DNA of 63,880 nt, filler included, from Phoronis australis (taxonomy: Eukaryota > Animalia > Phoronida): NCBI GenBank assembly GCA_002633005.1. It is 4 parts of 4 records of this genome, joined end to end, with 100 filler letters (N's around TTAATTAATTAA, not from the genome) between each part and the next. Parts side by side here need not be neighbours in the genome. Positions count along the whole stretch, not along the records: positions 1 to 26,630 come from NMRA01001134.1; 3 more parts are not named here. One strand, given 5' to 3'. The position numbers were made by a program, and so were the translations under genes. The notes beneath the pieces are model-generated. The model had not been told where the DNA came from. It did not search any database and saw only the letters and a list, made by a program, of their open reading frames with translations. This document shows positions 13,649 through 26,630 of this stretch, one piece after another (the stretch's first letter is position 1; the number at the start of each line of letters is the position of its first letter).

Positions 13649-14983
13649 AAGGGCTCAACATTAACTTTTTAAGCCACTTGCCCTTCGGGCAAGTAGTTGA
13701 AATTTTTACTTGCCCGAACAACAAATTCACTTGCCCCAAGTACAATCCCAAATAGCACCGTGCATGTGCACACCTAGGTAATGTGTTACCGTAGGGCTGC
13801 CTGCGCTGAGCCTGCTCTTGTGTCGTGCATGCTATGAGTAGCTATTTTTTAACGATTCTTCTTATAGAACATTTATTTATAAGGTATGTCAAAACGTTAG
13901 AGAGACAAATTAGAAGAGTAACTATGGTATCAGAACCATTGTCTCACGTTCACAGACGCCGAAATGAGCTAGGACATGAACTCTAGACACTTCTGTGTAT
14001 TCATTAGTTTATACACCCTCACGCATTAAACTTTGCTTAACCTGAATTTTTGCTATCCGTAAAAATCTTGCACAGTTTTGGTCATCGGTACCTTGTATTA
14101 AATTAAAATCAAATTTTAACATATAATAATGCCACATATACTTTTATTTTCAATAAATAATTACATTTTTGAAAAATAGATACGCCGCGAAAAAGTCACC
14201 CTTCAGAGCGACAAACATGAAGACCGTATTCCTTTTCTTTCGGGAGTCGCCAGCGGGAGCCGGGAATTCATAAGATTTTCCTTTGGAATTCCCCCTGAAT
14301 AAATACCAGGCCTTTAAAACTGCTATGTAGTGTAGAAAATATGTGGTCAGTCATTCACTTTTTAGCTTTTGCGCTTATCTGTATGACTTACATCCGCCGA
14401 CGAACGCGGTGCTTCCAGCTCGGTACATGGCCTGGGTAAACGCCGGCAAAAATCATACGTCATCCCTTGTTCACTGTCTCGCAGGCCAGGAAACCTAACG
14501 TCCCATGACGGAAACCATCCCCGCACTCTTTTCGTTTCATATTGTTGCTTTGATTCTTCCTGAACTCGTTTTTTTAGCATCTGGACGGCTTCCTTGTTTG
14601 GACGTTTTGCCAGAGTGCAGACAATCAGCAGTGTCACGTGACAACTTATTCAGAAACTGCAGGGCACGTTCAGAGAATCGAAAGGATTTGACCGCGGGTG
14701 TCATCTGTGCATGCTGCATCACACTCGTTCTATTTTCCTTTCGGTGCTCATTCGAAGACGGGAGTTTCTTTGACGGCCACACGAGCTTTTTTCGATGGTT
14801 TTTAGGCTTGTGTCGGGGTTCGTTACTTCGGAGCAAATGTCAAGCAGACAATCTTAGGATCTGCTTGCCTATACGGCCAGCTTTTTAGCTTGCCCATCGG
14901 GCAAGTACTTTTCAAATTCCACTTGCCCGACGCAAAATCTACATGTACACGGGCAATCGGGCAACCGTTAGTGTTGAGCCCTG
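13649..14983 (-). mobile_element. hAT-like deletion derivative with degenerate TTF-type zinc-finger remnant
   Basis: TIR (a)AGGGCTCAACATTAAC / GTTAGTGTTGAGCCCTG with subterminal ACTTGCCC repeats. Internal minus-strand frame KRVRGWFPSWDVRFPGLRDSEQGMTYDFCRR resembles the R.F..W...FPWL....M.C..C motif of ZNF862-like hAT transposases. No 8-bp TSD is visible. Confidence 0.65.
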
Positions 14984-15336
14984 AATAAGTATCTTTAGTA
15001 TTCACAGGTACTCCTTGGAATTTGTGCACAAGCATGCTTTCGTAGTTTTCTCAGTGTGTGAACCATGAATCACAAACTGTCCAATAACTATGCTGCTAGT
15101 ATTGTGCAAGCAGACGACATAATCAGTCGGCACCGAAGTTTGAATTTTGTAATTAATTACCAGCAGTATTGTCAAAAGTACTTACGTACCAACACTTTTG
15201 CTATTGGAAAACATTTAACAGCGTTTCAATGCCGAATTTATTATATTTTTCGTTGTACTGGACAGTAAATTAGACGTCAAAATATACTTGGTTAGCGTGG
15301 AACAAAATGTCGGAGTAGCGAATCTCTTGTGTCTAT

Positions 15337-16894
15337 AGACCTAATTCACGCCGACAGGAGGCGCGTTCCAAAACGAGGGTCGCTACGATATCTCTGTTGG
15401 CTTTTATCGGCATACTGGTTGTATTCCGCATTGCTCGAACGGCTAGAAAAAATACAGACACTCAACTGTCTGTTTTGAGATTCGTAAGCTTTGAGTTGTT
15501 GCCATACGCGCGACGAAGGAAAATATGTCCGTGAAAATTTATAAATGTTTTCGGAAAGTTAGATCATATTTTGTCGCATATCGGTTGCCGAGCCTCATAG
15601 CAACGACCGGAGAATCTTCGATCAGCCAGGCCGTGCTTTCATGACTACGGGTTGAAAGATGATGCATGTTTCTTTCCAAAAAGGCAGGGCCCTCAATCCC
15701 TCGATTTTGGGCCCGAATATCGGCGCTATTTCCCTCTCAAAAATATTGAAAATCCCCCGAAATTCCCCCCACGACGCCCTTAGTGATTGAAAAGTTCTCT
15801 CCGAAGTTCAAATCACCTGTATCCAGACAGGTGACAATTTGAAAACCCACAGGGCGGGTGTGCTATTGATGATGATCGGGAGGTAGATTTTCCCCTCACA
15901 CGGCGAAAAAATGCCCCTCTTACGAAGGCCCACAAGCACCTTTCCTCGGATGAACGAGGCCCCTGAAGAAACATGAAAACTATGCTTGCTCTGTGCAGTT
16001 AACTGGAATTGAGCTAAAAAAGGTTATGCTTTAGACGAACGAGTTAGGTGTTTTATTTTTAAAATTCAACTTGGTCCAGATTGATATTTGAAATCTAACA
16101 CATGAAATAGACGTATATAAGAATTATTAAAACCAAGAAAGCACTACTGATGGTCGAATAATTACTTGTGAATGTGTGCAAGGGAGTGAATGAGAACCTG
16201 GATATAATGCGCAAGCGATTTCTGAGGCTGTGCTCGTTTTATATTTTTTCAAAATTTAAAAAATGGTCAAATAATTTTTATTTTCAATTACGAGCCTGCT
16301 TTTTATTTTAATAAAAATATATTTAATAACATCAGTTATTCTTTCAGATCAATGACAAATAACTTGTTAATCCCGGTAGTTCCTACCTCCCCAGGACATA
16401 GGCTATATTCTTGATGTTAATACTTTTGATCAATAAATTAAACCATATGTGACTAATTGCACATGACAGCAAAATGAGACGAGAGACTGTCGAATATATC
16501 TTCAACTCGTCAACAATACAAGCAGATGATCTGGTTCGTGTAGAAAGCATTTTTATCAACAATTTGCATGCAGAAACGTAATCCTGCATTCAGCATAATA
16601 CCTAATCCGTAACACTACCGTGACGATCGCCGCAGTTTGGTCATATTTACTTTTCATGTTTCGAACATAATTTTCCGAAAAAAAATTATACCCTTTCGTC
16701 AGACAACTCTTCGGTGCATTGACTTGTTCTCTAATGTATTTTTTTCTACGTTCATTATCGACACGTTTTTAAGATTTAATATCCAGGTTGGACTCGAAAG
16801 ATCGGCCTTTTAACTCACGCAATGTAAATTTTCGCTTTGTTTATCGCAGTGAGCCTCGATTTGGATTTTAACGTCCGCCGCGTGAGTTAGGTCT
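15337..16894 (+). mobile_element. ISL2EU-like (PHIS group) non-autonomous element, copy 1
   Basis: AT|AGACCTAATTCACGCCG ... CGCGTGAGTTAGGTCT|AT; full-length inverted homolog at 44940-46836. Confidence 0.75.
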
Positions 16895-17164
16895 ATGATC
16901 TATGGTAGAATCAATCTTATGACAATGAGAAACTCGAAGTCCAATAGATGTCGCTAGCAAAAAAACTCCACCTGTAGAAATGGATTCATCTAGTCAATCC
17001 AAGTGGCCCTTATCGGGTGAATGCTACCATTTAGGTTAACAACGTTCTGTAATAAAGAGAGGGCACTTTCTTCGCTAGCACAGCCAAGTGAATGTCTTGT
17101 GTTCACATAAGGAATAATATAGACTAACTACCATAGCATTGACTAGACGTCTCTAGTGTATTCT

Positions 17165-18125
17165 GGCAGAGGAGGCAGAGGCCCCCCCTTGGCTGCCCCA
17201 AAACAAATATAAAAAAGCCATAGAGCCTGGGGAAATATTGGGTTTATTAATTAACCACGGTAATTAACATTATACTGCTGAAACAAGATTGAGCAATGTG
17301 TGCCATTTTNGCTCAAACCCGATTTCAAATGCCCGATTCAGACCACTGGCGCAATCGTAACGGAACTGTGGCTAAGTAACGGCGCTCCTGATTGATATGT
17401 GCGTGATATCCCAGGCAACCGACAGTGGCGCTGCGCACTATCCGTTTCCGTCGTCTGCTCCACTGTGCATTGAAAAAAGGAGGGCTACTTCATTTTTTCA
17501 AAGAAAACAGAATGTGAGTAACGATGAAGAAACCGAAGCTGCTTTTAAGATGTAAATTTTAATCAAAGCCTTAGTGAATCACTCAGAAATCCACAATTCT
17601 CTCTTAAGTATTTGTCAAACATTAAAATTTGCAATCGCGTGGTGAATGCCACTACGAAAAAGGTATTTGGTTTTTGGGCAACTGAATGAAGAATATTTTA
17701 AACACAACTTTTGCTACGAACTGGTTGCACAAAACAGAAAGCGTGCAATAAGCAAATGCTGTGGACCATAAACAAGTAGGCCTATGTCTCTGTAGTAAGT
17801 ATAATTACAAGTGGAAACTTGGTCATTGGTGGCGCATTGGTAGCGCACTCGCTCTCTTCCAGACAAGTCGTCAGTTCAAATTCCATGACATTTACAAATT
17901 TTCCGGTTTTACACATTCTCAGTTTTTTCCTTTGATAATACTTCAGGAATCAAGGAAAATGCTTGTGTTTAAAGGCAAAAACAAAATTTTCTACTGGCCG
18001 GGAAGGGGGAGCCCCATCCCGACCACCCCCGTTAGGCGCTATGCGCCTTTACAACTGCGCTTTGCGCAATTGTTTACGAGACAAAATGTTGGACGCCCCC
18101 TTATGATATCCTAGATACGCCACTG
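17165..18125 (+). mobile_element. hAT-like non-autonomous element containing a tRNA-like segment (17821-17884)
   Basis: Ends ...CCTAGATACGCCACTG; reverse-complement homolog at 60585-61498. Confidence 0.65.
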
Positions 18126-18200
18126 TGATTATACTTACAACTGTTTTTAGTGTTGTTTTCGATATAAATTTTCGTTCGTAAAAACTATGGAACAATTTGA

Positions 18201-18312
18201 GGGCAATACTCTGACATAACGTGCCCGTATTTTGAGAACCAGTTTGATGTCTGTTATTGAGTAGAGAAAACTGGCCTTCAAAATTGGGACACGTTATATC
18301 AGACCATTACCC
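18201..18312. mobile_element. ~110-bp palindromic MITE (second copy at 51366-51472)
   Basis: gggcaat..ctgacataacgtg...gaaccagttt / aaactgg...cacgttatatcagaccattaccc fold-back; diverged copy at 51366. Confidence 0.7.
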
Positions 18313-19397
18313 GAATTCAGAACTAGATTCCTACGATCCACTGAGACTTCAACCCTGCCATTTTCTAGGAAGAACCTATAAACATGACGTCAGAAGCGGG
18401 AGATCACTAATTATTCCAAGCTATTATTAAAAAAATCATAGTTATTACACACTTTGTTACCAAGTTGTTACGACATGAAATCGTCTCTCTGAAAATACTA
18501 AGTCATAAGTGCCCTAAACAATTTTAACTGATTCCAGTCGAATATTGCTGTTAAACATCTGTCATGTTTATATGCTCTCTATGGAACAGGGCCACCCCAT
18601 TTTGGCACAGAGAAATTATATGTTGTAAATATCATTCGTACATAATTTTTCGTCGAAAACTAGCACTTGTGCTAACGTTAATTTGTTTATATCTCGACTC
18701 GATTTTCAATTTTTGCTTCACTTTTTACTTTCCCCTTTATACTTTTGAAGTAAACTTCAAAACATCATAATCGTTGTACGTCACACGACGAAACTTCTGG
18801 AATATTTCAACAATTCACATGACGTGCAATATAATCAATATTGGTGAAGGAAAATATTCGTGGAATTTTTTCACTTTAATTTAATAGTTTTAGTGAGCTT
18901 TGAATGCACGCATGCCTTGTTTATAGTAAACATTCATTGAATTCAAACTCAGACCCGATTCTCAAAAAACATTTGCCTTTACCGTTTCTCTTTTTTGAAT
19001 CGTGTTATTTCTTTTCGCGGCTTTACACGTGACGTCAGACTGCGCGTTCAGTTACGCGACGAGTTTTGAAAGAAACTTTCGTGCAAGTAAAACGTGCTTT
19101 TGCTTTGCTCTGTGTATATTTGCGACAAACTGCGACAAATTGAAAGATTCTGATCACATTTCACCTTCAAAAGAGAAGTAGTCACGCCTAAAAGGTAAGT
19201 AGACATTTAAAACTGCATTCAGGCTTCTTTATCTGGCTAAAAGTAAATCCTTGTAGACCATGTATTCTTTGAAAATTGATATAAAATGTTCTTACCATGA
19301 CTTGTTTTCTGTTACCAAGAACTTAAAACCCTCATGAAGAAATGCATCCGAGTTATTGAGGTTGGCCAAATCCTAGTTTTCTTCAAATACCCTCCAC

Positions 19398-19905
19398 CAT
19401 AGACTAGTACATGGACCGCCAACTCCGTATACTTTCAATGGACGCATAAGCCCTTACGCAATTATTCACTGGCGACACCTGGCTAAATTTTCTGGTGCAA
19501 TTTCCGGCAAGTACGTCGTCTGCTAATCATGGTCGGCTTCTGTGTGGCCAGTTGTTCGCCCACACAGCCGAAATGCAAATGAATTGGCTTCCATACCATC
19601 CGAAGATCCCATAATCGGCAGTGGGAAGAAAAGCTTATTTCTTGTGTCGACGTGAATGGCAGTTGTTTCAGCAATAAGACTTTATACATTTGTTCTGAAA
19701 GGCACTTTGAAGACGAACGTTTTTAAGAGGCTCTGGTAGGCCTACTACTTAATCCTGTGTTCACAAATCCATTTTTGTTTTCTCCGTTTTGATGAAAACT
19801 ATCTCAACTGGTGAACTTTTTGACGAAAATTGTTCGCTAAATTTCTTCCAAAGGTAGTGACTCATGAACTCCTGTCCTTACGAGGAACTTCATCCATAGT
19901 CTAGT
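19398..19905 (+). mobile_element. Degenerate THAP-domain transposon remnant (P-element-like ends)
   Basis: ATG at 19529 gives MVGFCVASCS...(stop)IGFHTI...KTLYICSERHFEDERF (THAP C..C / ICS.HF). The terminal catagactagtacatggacc...tttcaatgga recurs inverted at ~41943-41990. Confidence 0.55.
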
Positions 19906-20499
19906 GAGCGAATTAACCAAATTACTCTTCGCTGGCCCTGATCAGACGGTTGGTCTCAGCAGAACGCGCACATTTGGCCAGGATTTGGACCATCGATTTC
20001 AACAAATTCACATTCGTGTACAAATAAATAGAACGCTGGGAAAAACTTTAACATAAATAAAGATTTACATTAATACTTCAGGAATAACCACCTGGACCAG
20101 TCAAAATCTATCTCGCAATTCAACAGCAGGTTACACACTCATATCGTGTCGAATATATGCCGCACAAAATCTCTCGACTGCAATCTATGAAAATGCAACC
20201 AACTTCTTTGAAAACATGGAACAGGCAATTACACCAGAGGGGTGTGAAGGTTGTTTATATTCTTCAATGTTAAATTTTTGTAAGCGGACAAATGGTTTTT
20301 AAATTTCCGCCTTAAGTCCTAACATTTCCAAACTTAAGCCGTTCAAGCGAACGTTTATGACGAAAACAAAATTCTTCAACAAGTTTTGTAAAGTTCTATG
20401 CCACCTGTAGGGTACATAATGAACCAATCCCACTCCTAATGTAACAAAGGGTCCCGTGCATACAGGAATGATACTAAGTATTGACCTCCTGAAACATTA

Positions 20500-21384
20500 C
20501 AGTATTCGCCCTAATAAGCGGCCAGGGCGATTAGAAAAATCCGCTTCAGGAAGGGGGGGGGGGCGCATATTATAGCCCAAAAATGGTTGAAACACGGTCT
20601 CTGAAACAGGTGAAATCGTAAGCTAGAATTCATCAAATTTACGCTCTGTGACGCATCTGTAACCTATGACAGAGTTTCTACAAAACTGCAATGCATTGCT
20701 ATCAAACTTTGTTGTTAACTTACGAGCATTTTTCAGAAAATCCCACTGCCAAAAATTGCCGTAAATCAGGTTTCAAGCTCCTCAACTTGGTTTAACTATA
20801 TATTAATAAACCATAAAAATGTTTCCAAGTGATCAGTGCAATGGGCCCACATGCGCTGCCTGCGCACGTCTGGTAAAACGTGCATCATGCAGCTCCTGAT
20901 TAAAACAAAGGTCTCGTTTTTTAATTTTTGTCGGCTATAAATAACGCCACAGACCTGGAAATCCAGCGAAACACTTCTACCTTACAAATTTGACAATCCC
21001 TAGTCTCAGAAAATTTGAGCACTCAGCAAAAGATACTAATGATGAAATTCCGGTGATGATAATCACCCACTTTGTTTATTTGCTTCACCTATAGTTGGTA
21101 AAATGAAACCCATTCGAGTAAGCACCAGGTGGGTCCCAATGCCATCCCAATATATGATAGAACCCAACAAGCTCAAGTTGCAGTCAAATCAGGATGGGCA
21201 TAAATAAGGAAATTTACTGTATCAACAGATTGGCCTAATAAGAATAAGATACTAAGTTTTGCTACAGTGGACACGTGCACGATACTTGGTCTATTATTTT
21301 CCCGCCATAAATGCATGAACCAATCAGATCACCAATGGCACAAAGTTTTCGAAAACAGCTGATTATTAGGGAGTCCTGTTACTG
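20500..21384. mobile_element. pogo/Tigger-like remnant
   Basis: TA|CAGTATTCGCCCTAATAAG start and a decayed TTATTAGGG...TACTG end. Confidence 0.4.
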
Positions 21385-21993
21385 CTCTATTTATTTTCAA
21401 AACTTTATTGTGTTACATTTAATTTATTTTCTGTTCAACTCAATGAAGCCACTTAATATGAATGCATTCAACACAATTAATGCATTGTAAAAACCAAAAG
21501 TTATGCTCTATCAACATTAGACAAAATCAATACACCCCTTTCTTAAAAAATGGGTTAAAAGTTAGAAAAAAAGGACACAAGTTTCCATCACTTGTAACGT
21601 CGATTTTCGACATTGATATTGGGGAGGAACATCAGTCTGGCGACAGCAACACGAAATCGTACAAAGGCGATTCGTTTTTGTTGTATGTCTTTATTGCCTA
21701 CGGTTCAGGGTTACTTCTGAATCCAGGAACAAGAACTGAAAGAGGCAGGGTTCGTGATAACGTTGAAGAACGGTAACATCTATATAAGGTGTTACAACTG
21801 TCATCGATATTGACATCTCCTCTGTTTTCATCCAGCCTTCACTGATGAAAACTAAAATGAGGAGGACCTTCAGTACTTGAGTGAGCACGGTATACTGTGT
21901 GATTTATGTTGAGTTATTCAACGGTTCTTTTAAGAACCATTTCACGCTATACCTAAGGCTCATGCACAGTACAACAAACGGCCCTTTTATTAA

Positions 21994-23450
21994 AGTCCTT
22001 CTTGCAAACTGCCCATGTGGTTCCAGTATCCGAAAATACTTACTACATAAATTCTTATTTTCGACACCCTTTCTTTATATTCTTTTCGCCTTTCTTGCCA
22101 AAAGCGATTTTTTAACAGTATTTGACCCTTCTCTCTGAGCGTATGATTACCGGTTGTCATCGGTTATTTCCGTACCCACATTTCCGGCTCATCAGTTCAG
22201 GAACTTGTCCTGAACGCCGCCATTTTTTCCTTGTAACTGAATGTGCTATGGCTTGCTCGAAAAGTCTTCATTATTTTGTTTTATTAGTAATATATCGTGA
22301 ATTGTTTGCATATGTAGTGCATTTATAGTTTGTAGTTAGTGGTCGCTGATATTTTGGAATGTTACGCGTACTTAGTATGTTAAAATAGCATTGGTGTTTA
22401 GTTCCTTACGTAGGCCGGTCGAACCTAGGAACCAATATGGGTCGAACCTATTTTTTTCGGTTTTATTTTTTTCCTCGTTTTGAAAAAGTACTTTGCTATC
22501 ATTGGAAAGGTAGTACATTCTACTCAGTAAAAATCGAAAAAGTATCAAAATCGGGGCAAGCACTGTAAAGTTTTTGCAAGTTTTGTAGCGAAATTTGGGT
22601 CACTTTGTTTGGATCTCGTCGGCCATATTGGAGGACAGCGGGATGAGTTACGAGTTTAAAACTTTGTTTAAATTGTTTTCGCCAACAAATTACGGTGACA
22701 TTTAGTTAGACATAACTTTACTTGCTATTCTGCACGATTTAGCAGTGTTCACCAAATTTCAGCCTCGCAGTTGTTACTCATTAAGTGATAAATGTGCTCA
22801 AATTTCCCGTCTGGCGGCAACTACAATGTCGACTATTGCTGAACTGAAAGGCATGTTCAATCGGCTACTTTGTAATTTGTGAAGATTTAACGTTGATACA
22901 TTTTGACAAACGTTGCTACAAAAAAGAAACTTTGTTCAATTTTCGTGTTTTTTGTGTTTGTGGTCAGCGACCAGTTAGGCCTAAGGGTAGTCTTGGCGCA
23001 AAGCTGCCTCCCGTTCAGTACCGCTAGGACCTCGCTAAAAAGCAAGACTTCGCGAGAATACGTGAGAACACGTGACTTTGACTAGGTTTTAGCTAGGTCC
23101 TAGCGTAGGTCCTAGCGTCTACTGAACGCACGCCTGTATAGGCCTACTAACAAGCTGTATTTTGACTATAGTCTTCACTGGTTGCTGGTGACTGAGGTCT
23201 GCCGCGGCAGTGTTACACAGGACTAACCAGCCCGTAATTTCATGCAAATATCTGAAACTACCCTTGAATATATGCAGCATTTATCATTTGACCATTTTAC
23301 TTCGACAAAACAGCTTGCAACCGCATGCATTTACCGTTCGCCAGTGTCTGGTCTCGATCCGCACCGGGTCGGACAGGCTGCGGTCCCGAGTCTGGCAAAA
23401 TAATTTCTGTCAAAATTTATTCGCCACATTTCTTCAGCAAATTCGATAAA
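21994..23450 (-). mobile_element. Inverted partial copy of the same Kolobok-like element
   Basis: Starts TTAA|AGTCCTTCT. Reverse complement of ~11050-12007 and ~9790-10155 (ORF-track pairs 11673/22122, 9794/23210). Confidence 0.8.
23007..23132. mobile_element. Harbinger-like MITE with 3-bp TSD (second copy ~41699-41846)
   Basis: CTG|CCTCCCGTTCAGTA...TACTGAACGCACGC|CTG. The empty site aaagctgtatagg is seen in the paralogous element near 10110-10122; the second copy is flanked by TAG/TAG. Confidence 0.75.
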
Positions 23451-23764
23451 AAAATGATTTTGAATATGAGATTAAGTCAGAACAGTCTGATGAAAAAGTT
23501 TATTTCATTGTTTTGTTCCTGATGATTAAGAAAAAGTATAGTGTAACAGTAGTTAACACGTTACATATGGACCTAATAGCGATGACCCAGGTTTCTTTCT
23601 CATATTTACGTTATTCTGGAAACATTGATACAGTTTTCACAGTCAAGTGCGGTGATTGAAGCTTATAACCCAAGCTTTTGAATTTGATAGTTACTCTTAT
23701 TTGCATTTGAATAACCATAATGTGAGACTAAGAGTCTTTGTTATTAGTTCTAGGGTAAATCTTG

Positions 23765-24498
23765 TTTTTTTTTTGATATTTTTATTTTGCTCTAGCATGA
23801 TAATTACAAGTCATATAAAACAATATACTATACATTGTTTAAATAACATTAAATTATTATTCAACAAGTACCATATTTCCTTCAGGATGTAATTTAATAA
23901 AGTTACTGAACAATTCGATATTAAGATTTTTTTAACAAACTTTTGACTTAATATGTAATTTTTTGGTCATGATCAACAAATTAATATTACCATTTTCTGA
24001 CTGAATGTTTCCCAAAAAATCAAAAAACACTGCTATCTTGTCCACAGGAAAATTTACATATGTTTGTTTTAACCAATCAGCAAACAGGAAACAGAAACCG
24101 GAGACAAGACGACATTCCCAAAACAGATGGAGAAAAGTTTCACTGTGTTCACCACAGAAAGAGCATAAATCACTTGTTTTTATTTTAATTTTATGTAAAT
24201 AACTATTAGTTGGCAATACTCTGTGAATTAAGCGGTATTGAAACCAACGCAAGTTTGTATCTTTTGTACAATTGAAGGGGAGTTTATTTACTTTTCTTCA
24301 CCATGTATCAGAGTCACTAAAATTTACATTATTTATAGCACCGTTTATATCTATCTCAGATATAGCACCGTTTATATCTATCTCAGATGACCACTTGTTT
24401 TTATACTTACAAGCTGTCTGCAGTGACTGTACCAAGGTGTCATAAATATTTACCGCTTGTGATTTATTATGTAAAATTTTAAAATCTTGTTGATCCAT
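23765..24498 (-). pseudogene. L1/Tx1-type LINE 3' end (zf-RVT, 3'UTR, poly-A)
   Basis: RWFQYRLIHRVLPTNSYLHKIKIKTSDLCSFCGEHSETFLHLFWEC is the CCHC zf-RVT motif; AATAAA and an A-run follow at ~23785-23765. Confidence 0.9.
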
Positions 24499-24499
24499 G

Positions 24500-26201
24500 G
24501 AGATTGGCGAACCCTAAGTTAAATCTTATAGGTGGAAAAACATAATCCAATCAAAAAGCATGTTTAAAGTCTAATTTCTGAGAAATAGATACATTTGGGC
24601 TGGATAAAGAACCGACCAGTGTTTTATATCATTAGGTTTAAATCTTTCTGACTTTAACAGAGGACCGGGTTTGTGGCATTTTGATATTACCCAATATGGT
24701 AACTTTATTAAAAAGCAACCTAGGTACCGCCAGCGACGAACACTTGATAAAAGAATCGGGGAAAAGAAACTGGTTAAGGTCAGGTGACGTAATCGCAAAA
24801 GGCCAACTCAAGAGAACACATCACAATTTTACTAGCAGCAGTCGATGAACGATCGCTAACATTTCCAACACCGGTAAATACAGAAGTTAGTTTACTCTAG
24901 GAACCTTATTCCTAGGTTTACTTAAGGATGACTTAGTTTTAATGACATTTATTTGAGTCAGATTTTATTTGTACATTTTTACCCATATCGGCTTAAACCT
25001 GTAGGCCTATATCTACACATAGCTTTGGGCCAAGGCTTGGGTAACCCGGCGATGGTATGCGATGACCATCCCTTTAGAGGACGCCTTTTTCGAAGAGTTT
25101 GAGCAACCAGGTGCCATACAAAAAGGCATAGCGAACCTTTTACAGCTCTGTGGCAAACAATAAAAATTAAGGACGATTGATACAATGATAAATTACGATG
25201 TAAACTCTTCAAATATGACATAAGCAATGAATGTGTAAAGCAGCCGATACCCCGCCGTTCACGTCACTGACACATCAGCCAATCAGCGATTGCTTTCAGA
25301 ATTCATTTGACCATGAATTTGAATTGGCTTTTGTTTGGCACGCAAGTCAGGCAAATGTGAGTTTTATTTGTATGTTAGAACCGATTAACTGCAACATTAT
25401 TTTGATTACAGTCCCCTTTTAAGGTTTATATGGTTTATAGTAAAAATGAAATTGATAGTACAAGATTTTTTTATTGGCTAAGCTCTGTTTTTTGAGACTC
25501 TTCTTAAAAAATTAGGTCAGATGTTCATTAATTTTGTAAACTAAAATCTAAAGAGAGATTTTGTAAAATGATAAGTCTTGAAAAACAAATTAGTTTTACA
25601 ACAGTTGGCACAAAGTAATCACATTTTTAAGGAAATGCTTCAAGAAGTTAAAAGTGAATTTGATTACCATAGACAATACCTCATGCAAGAACATCTCATC
25701 TGTGAGAGAGCTAGATGGATTGAAGAAAGGGAGAAACTCACCAAATATTTTGCTATTTAGATAAAAGAAATTATGTAAATAAAAATATCAAAATTAATAA
25801 ATACAAATGGACAATTAGTCAATAAACAAGAGCCACTACTATTAATGATTTCAAACTTTTATAAGTTGCTTTAGGAAAACAAAGATAAACCTGTTGTAGA
25901 TGTTAAAATCGATGGCCTTACACAATCTGAAGAAATTCGTAAGATGAATCTTAAGTGCTGTTCAAAAAAAATAATATCAAAACTTGTGGCCCAGTTAAGT
26001 TCTATGTGTTCTTTTAGAGTGATATTTTTTTTCTCATTGGAGCAGTTAATTTTCGCAATATGATTGGATCACTACCGCTGTCATTACACCAAGGAGCTAT
26101 AAGTATTATCACTAAGCCAGGAAAAGAAAGCATTTGAAGAATTGAAGTCCCATATATTTGCTGAATGTCATTTATAAAATTCAAGTTTTATTGCAAGAAG
26201 A
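24500..26201 (+). pseudogene. L1/Tx1-type LINE ORF2 middle fragment (EN end to RT start), interrupted at ~24690-25430
   Basis: Degenerate motifs NRGPGLWHF (~24655), RARWIEEREKLTKYF (~25710), and KPGK..., LLNVIYKI.S.IARR (~26110-26200). Confidence 0.8.
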
Positions 26202-26333
26202 AAGACGACGGGTGGTCATTATACATGCTGTGTTAAATCGTCAGCATGGGAATGGATAAATTTTGACGACTCTACAGTCACAAGTACATCCAAGCCTCCC
26301 CAGGATGCCTACATTGCAATATATGAATTATAA
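26202..26333 (+). pseudogene. Ubiquitin-specific protease (peptidase C19) His-box C-terminal fragment
   Basis: KTTGGHYTCCVKSSAWEWINFDDSTVTSTSKPPQDAYIAIYEL* matches GHY.....W..FDD..V......AY+..Y. No Cys box is present. Confidence 0.75.
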
Positions 26334-26411
26334 ACCAACAAAGGAAATCAACATAAAAAATATGGCGCAATTTCAACATCAACGTCGCATATCACATCTG
26401 ACGCAGCCAAG

Positions 26412-26630
26412 TCAAGTTATTTTTTGAAATTCATACTGGTACGGGAATTGGGGATAGTTAGGCCTATAAAAGATCTTTAACCCAGCCGCAGAGCGTCTAA
26501 AGCCGCGCACCGTACCAGTGACTGCTGGCAACTCATCGGGACTCAACTTTAACATCTTTCGCCGCAGAGATAACAACTCTTGGGCTGTCTCCGGTGAGTC
26601 CATTCTTTGTTGAATGATGTTTAGATAAAT
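26412..26630 (-). CDS. Possible 3' part of an unknown ORF, convergent with the USP fragment
   Basis: Frame is open from the contig end to the stop (...MDSPETAQELLSLRRKMLKLSPDELPAVTGTVRGFRRSAAGLKIFYRPNYPQFPYQYEFQKIT*); protein-like composition, no family recognised. Confidence 0.35.
   Translation of the reverse strand: MYLNIIQQRMDSPETAQELLSLRRKMLKLSPDELPAVTGTVRGFRRSAAGLKIFYRPNYPQFPYQYEFQKIT

Noticed and set aside
23600-23700. Upstream half of the USP gene on the other side of the L1 (SAVIE peptide)
   Set aside because: No Y.L.AV..H.G match in a clean frame and no TSD linking the two flanks.
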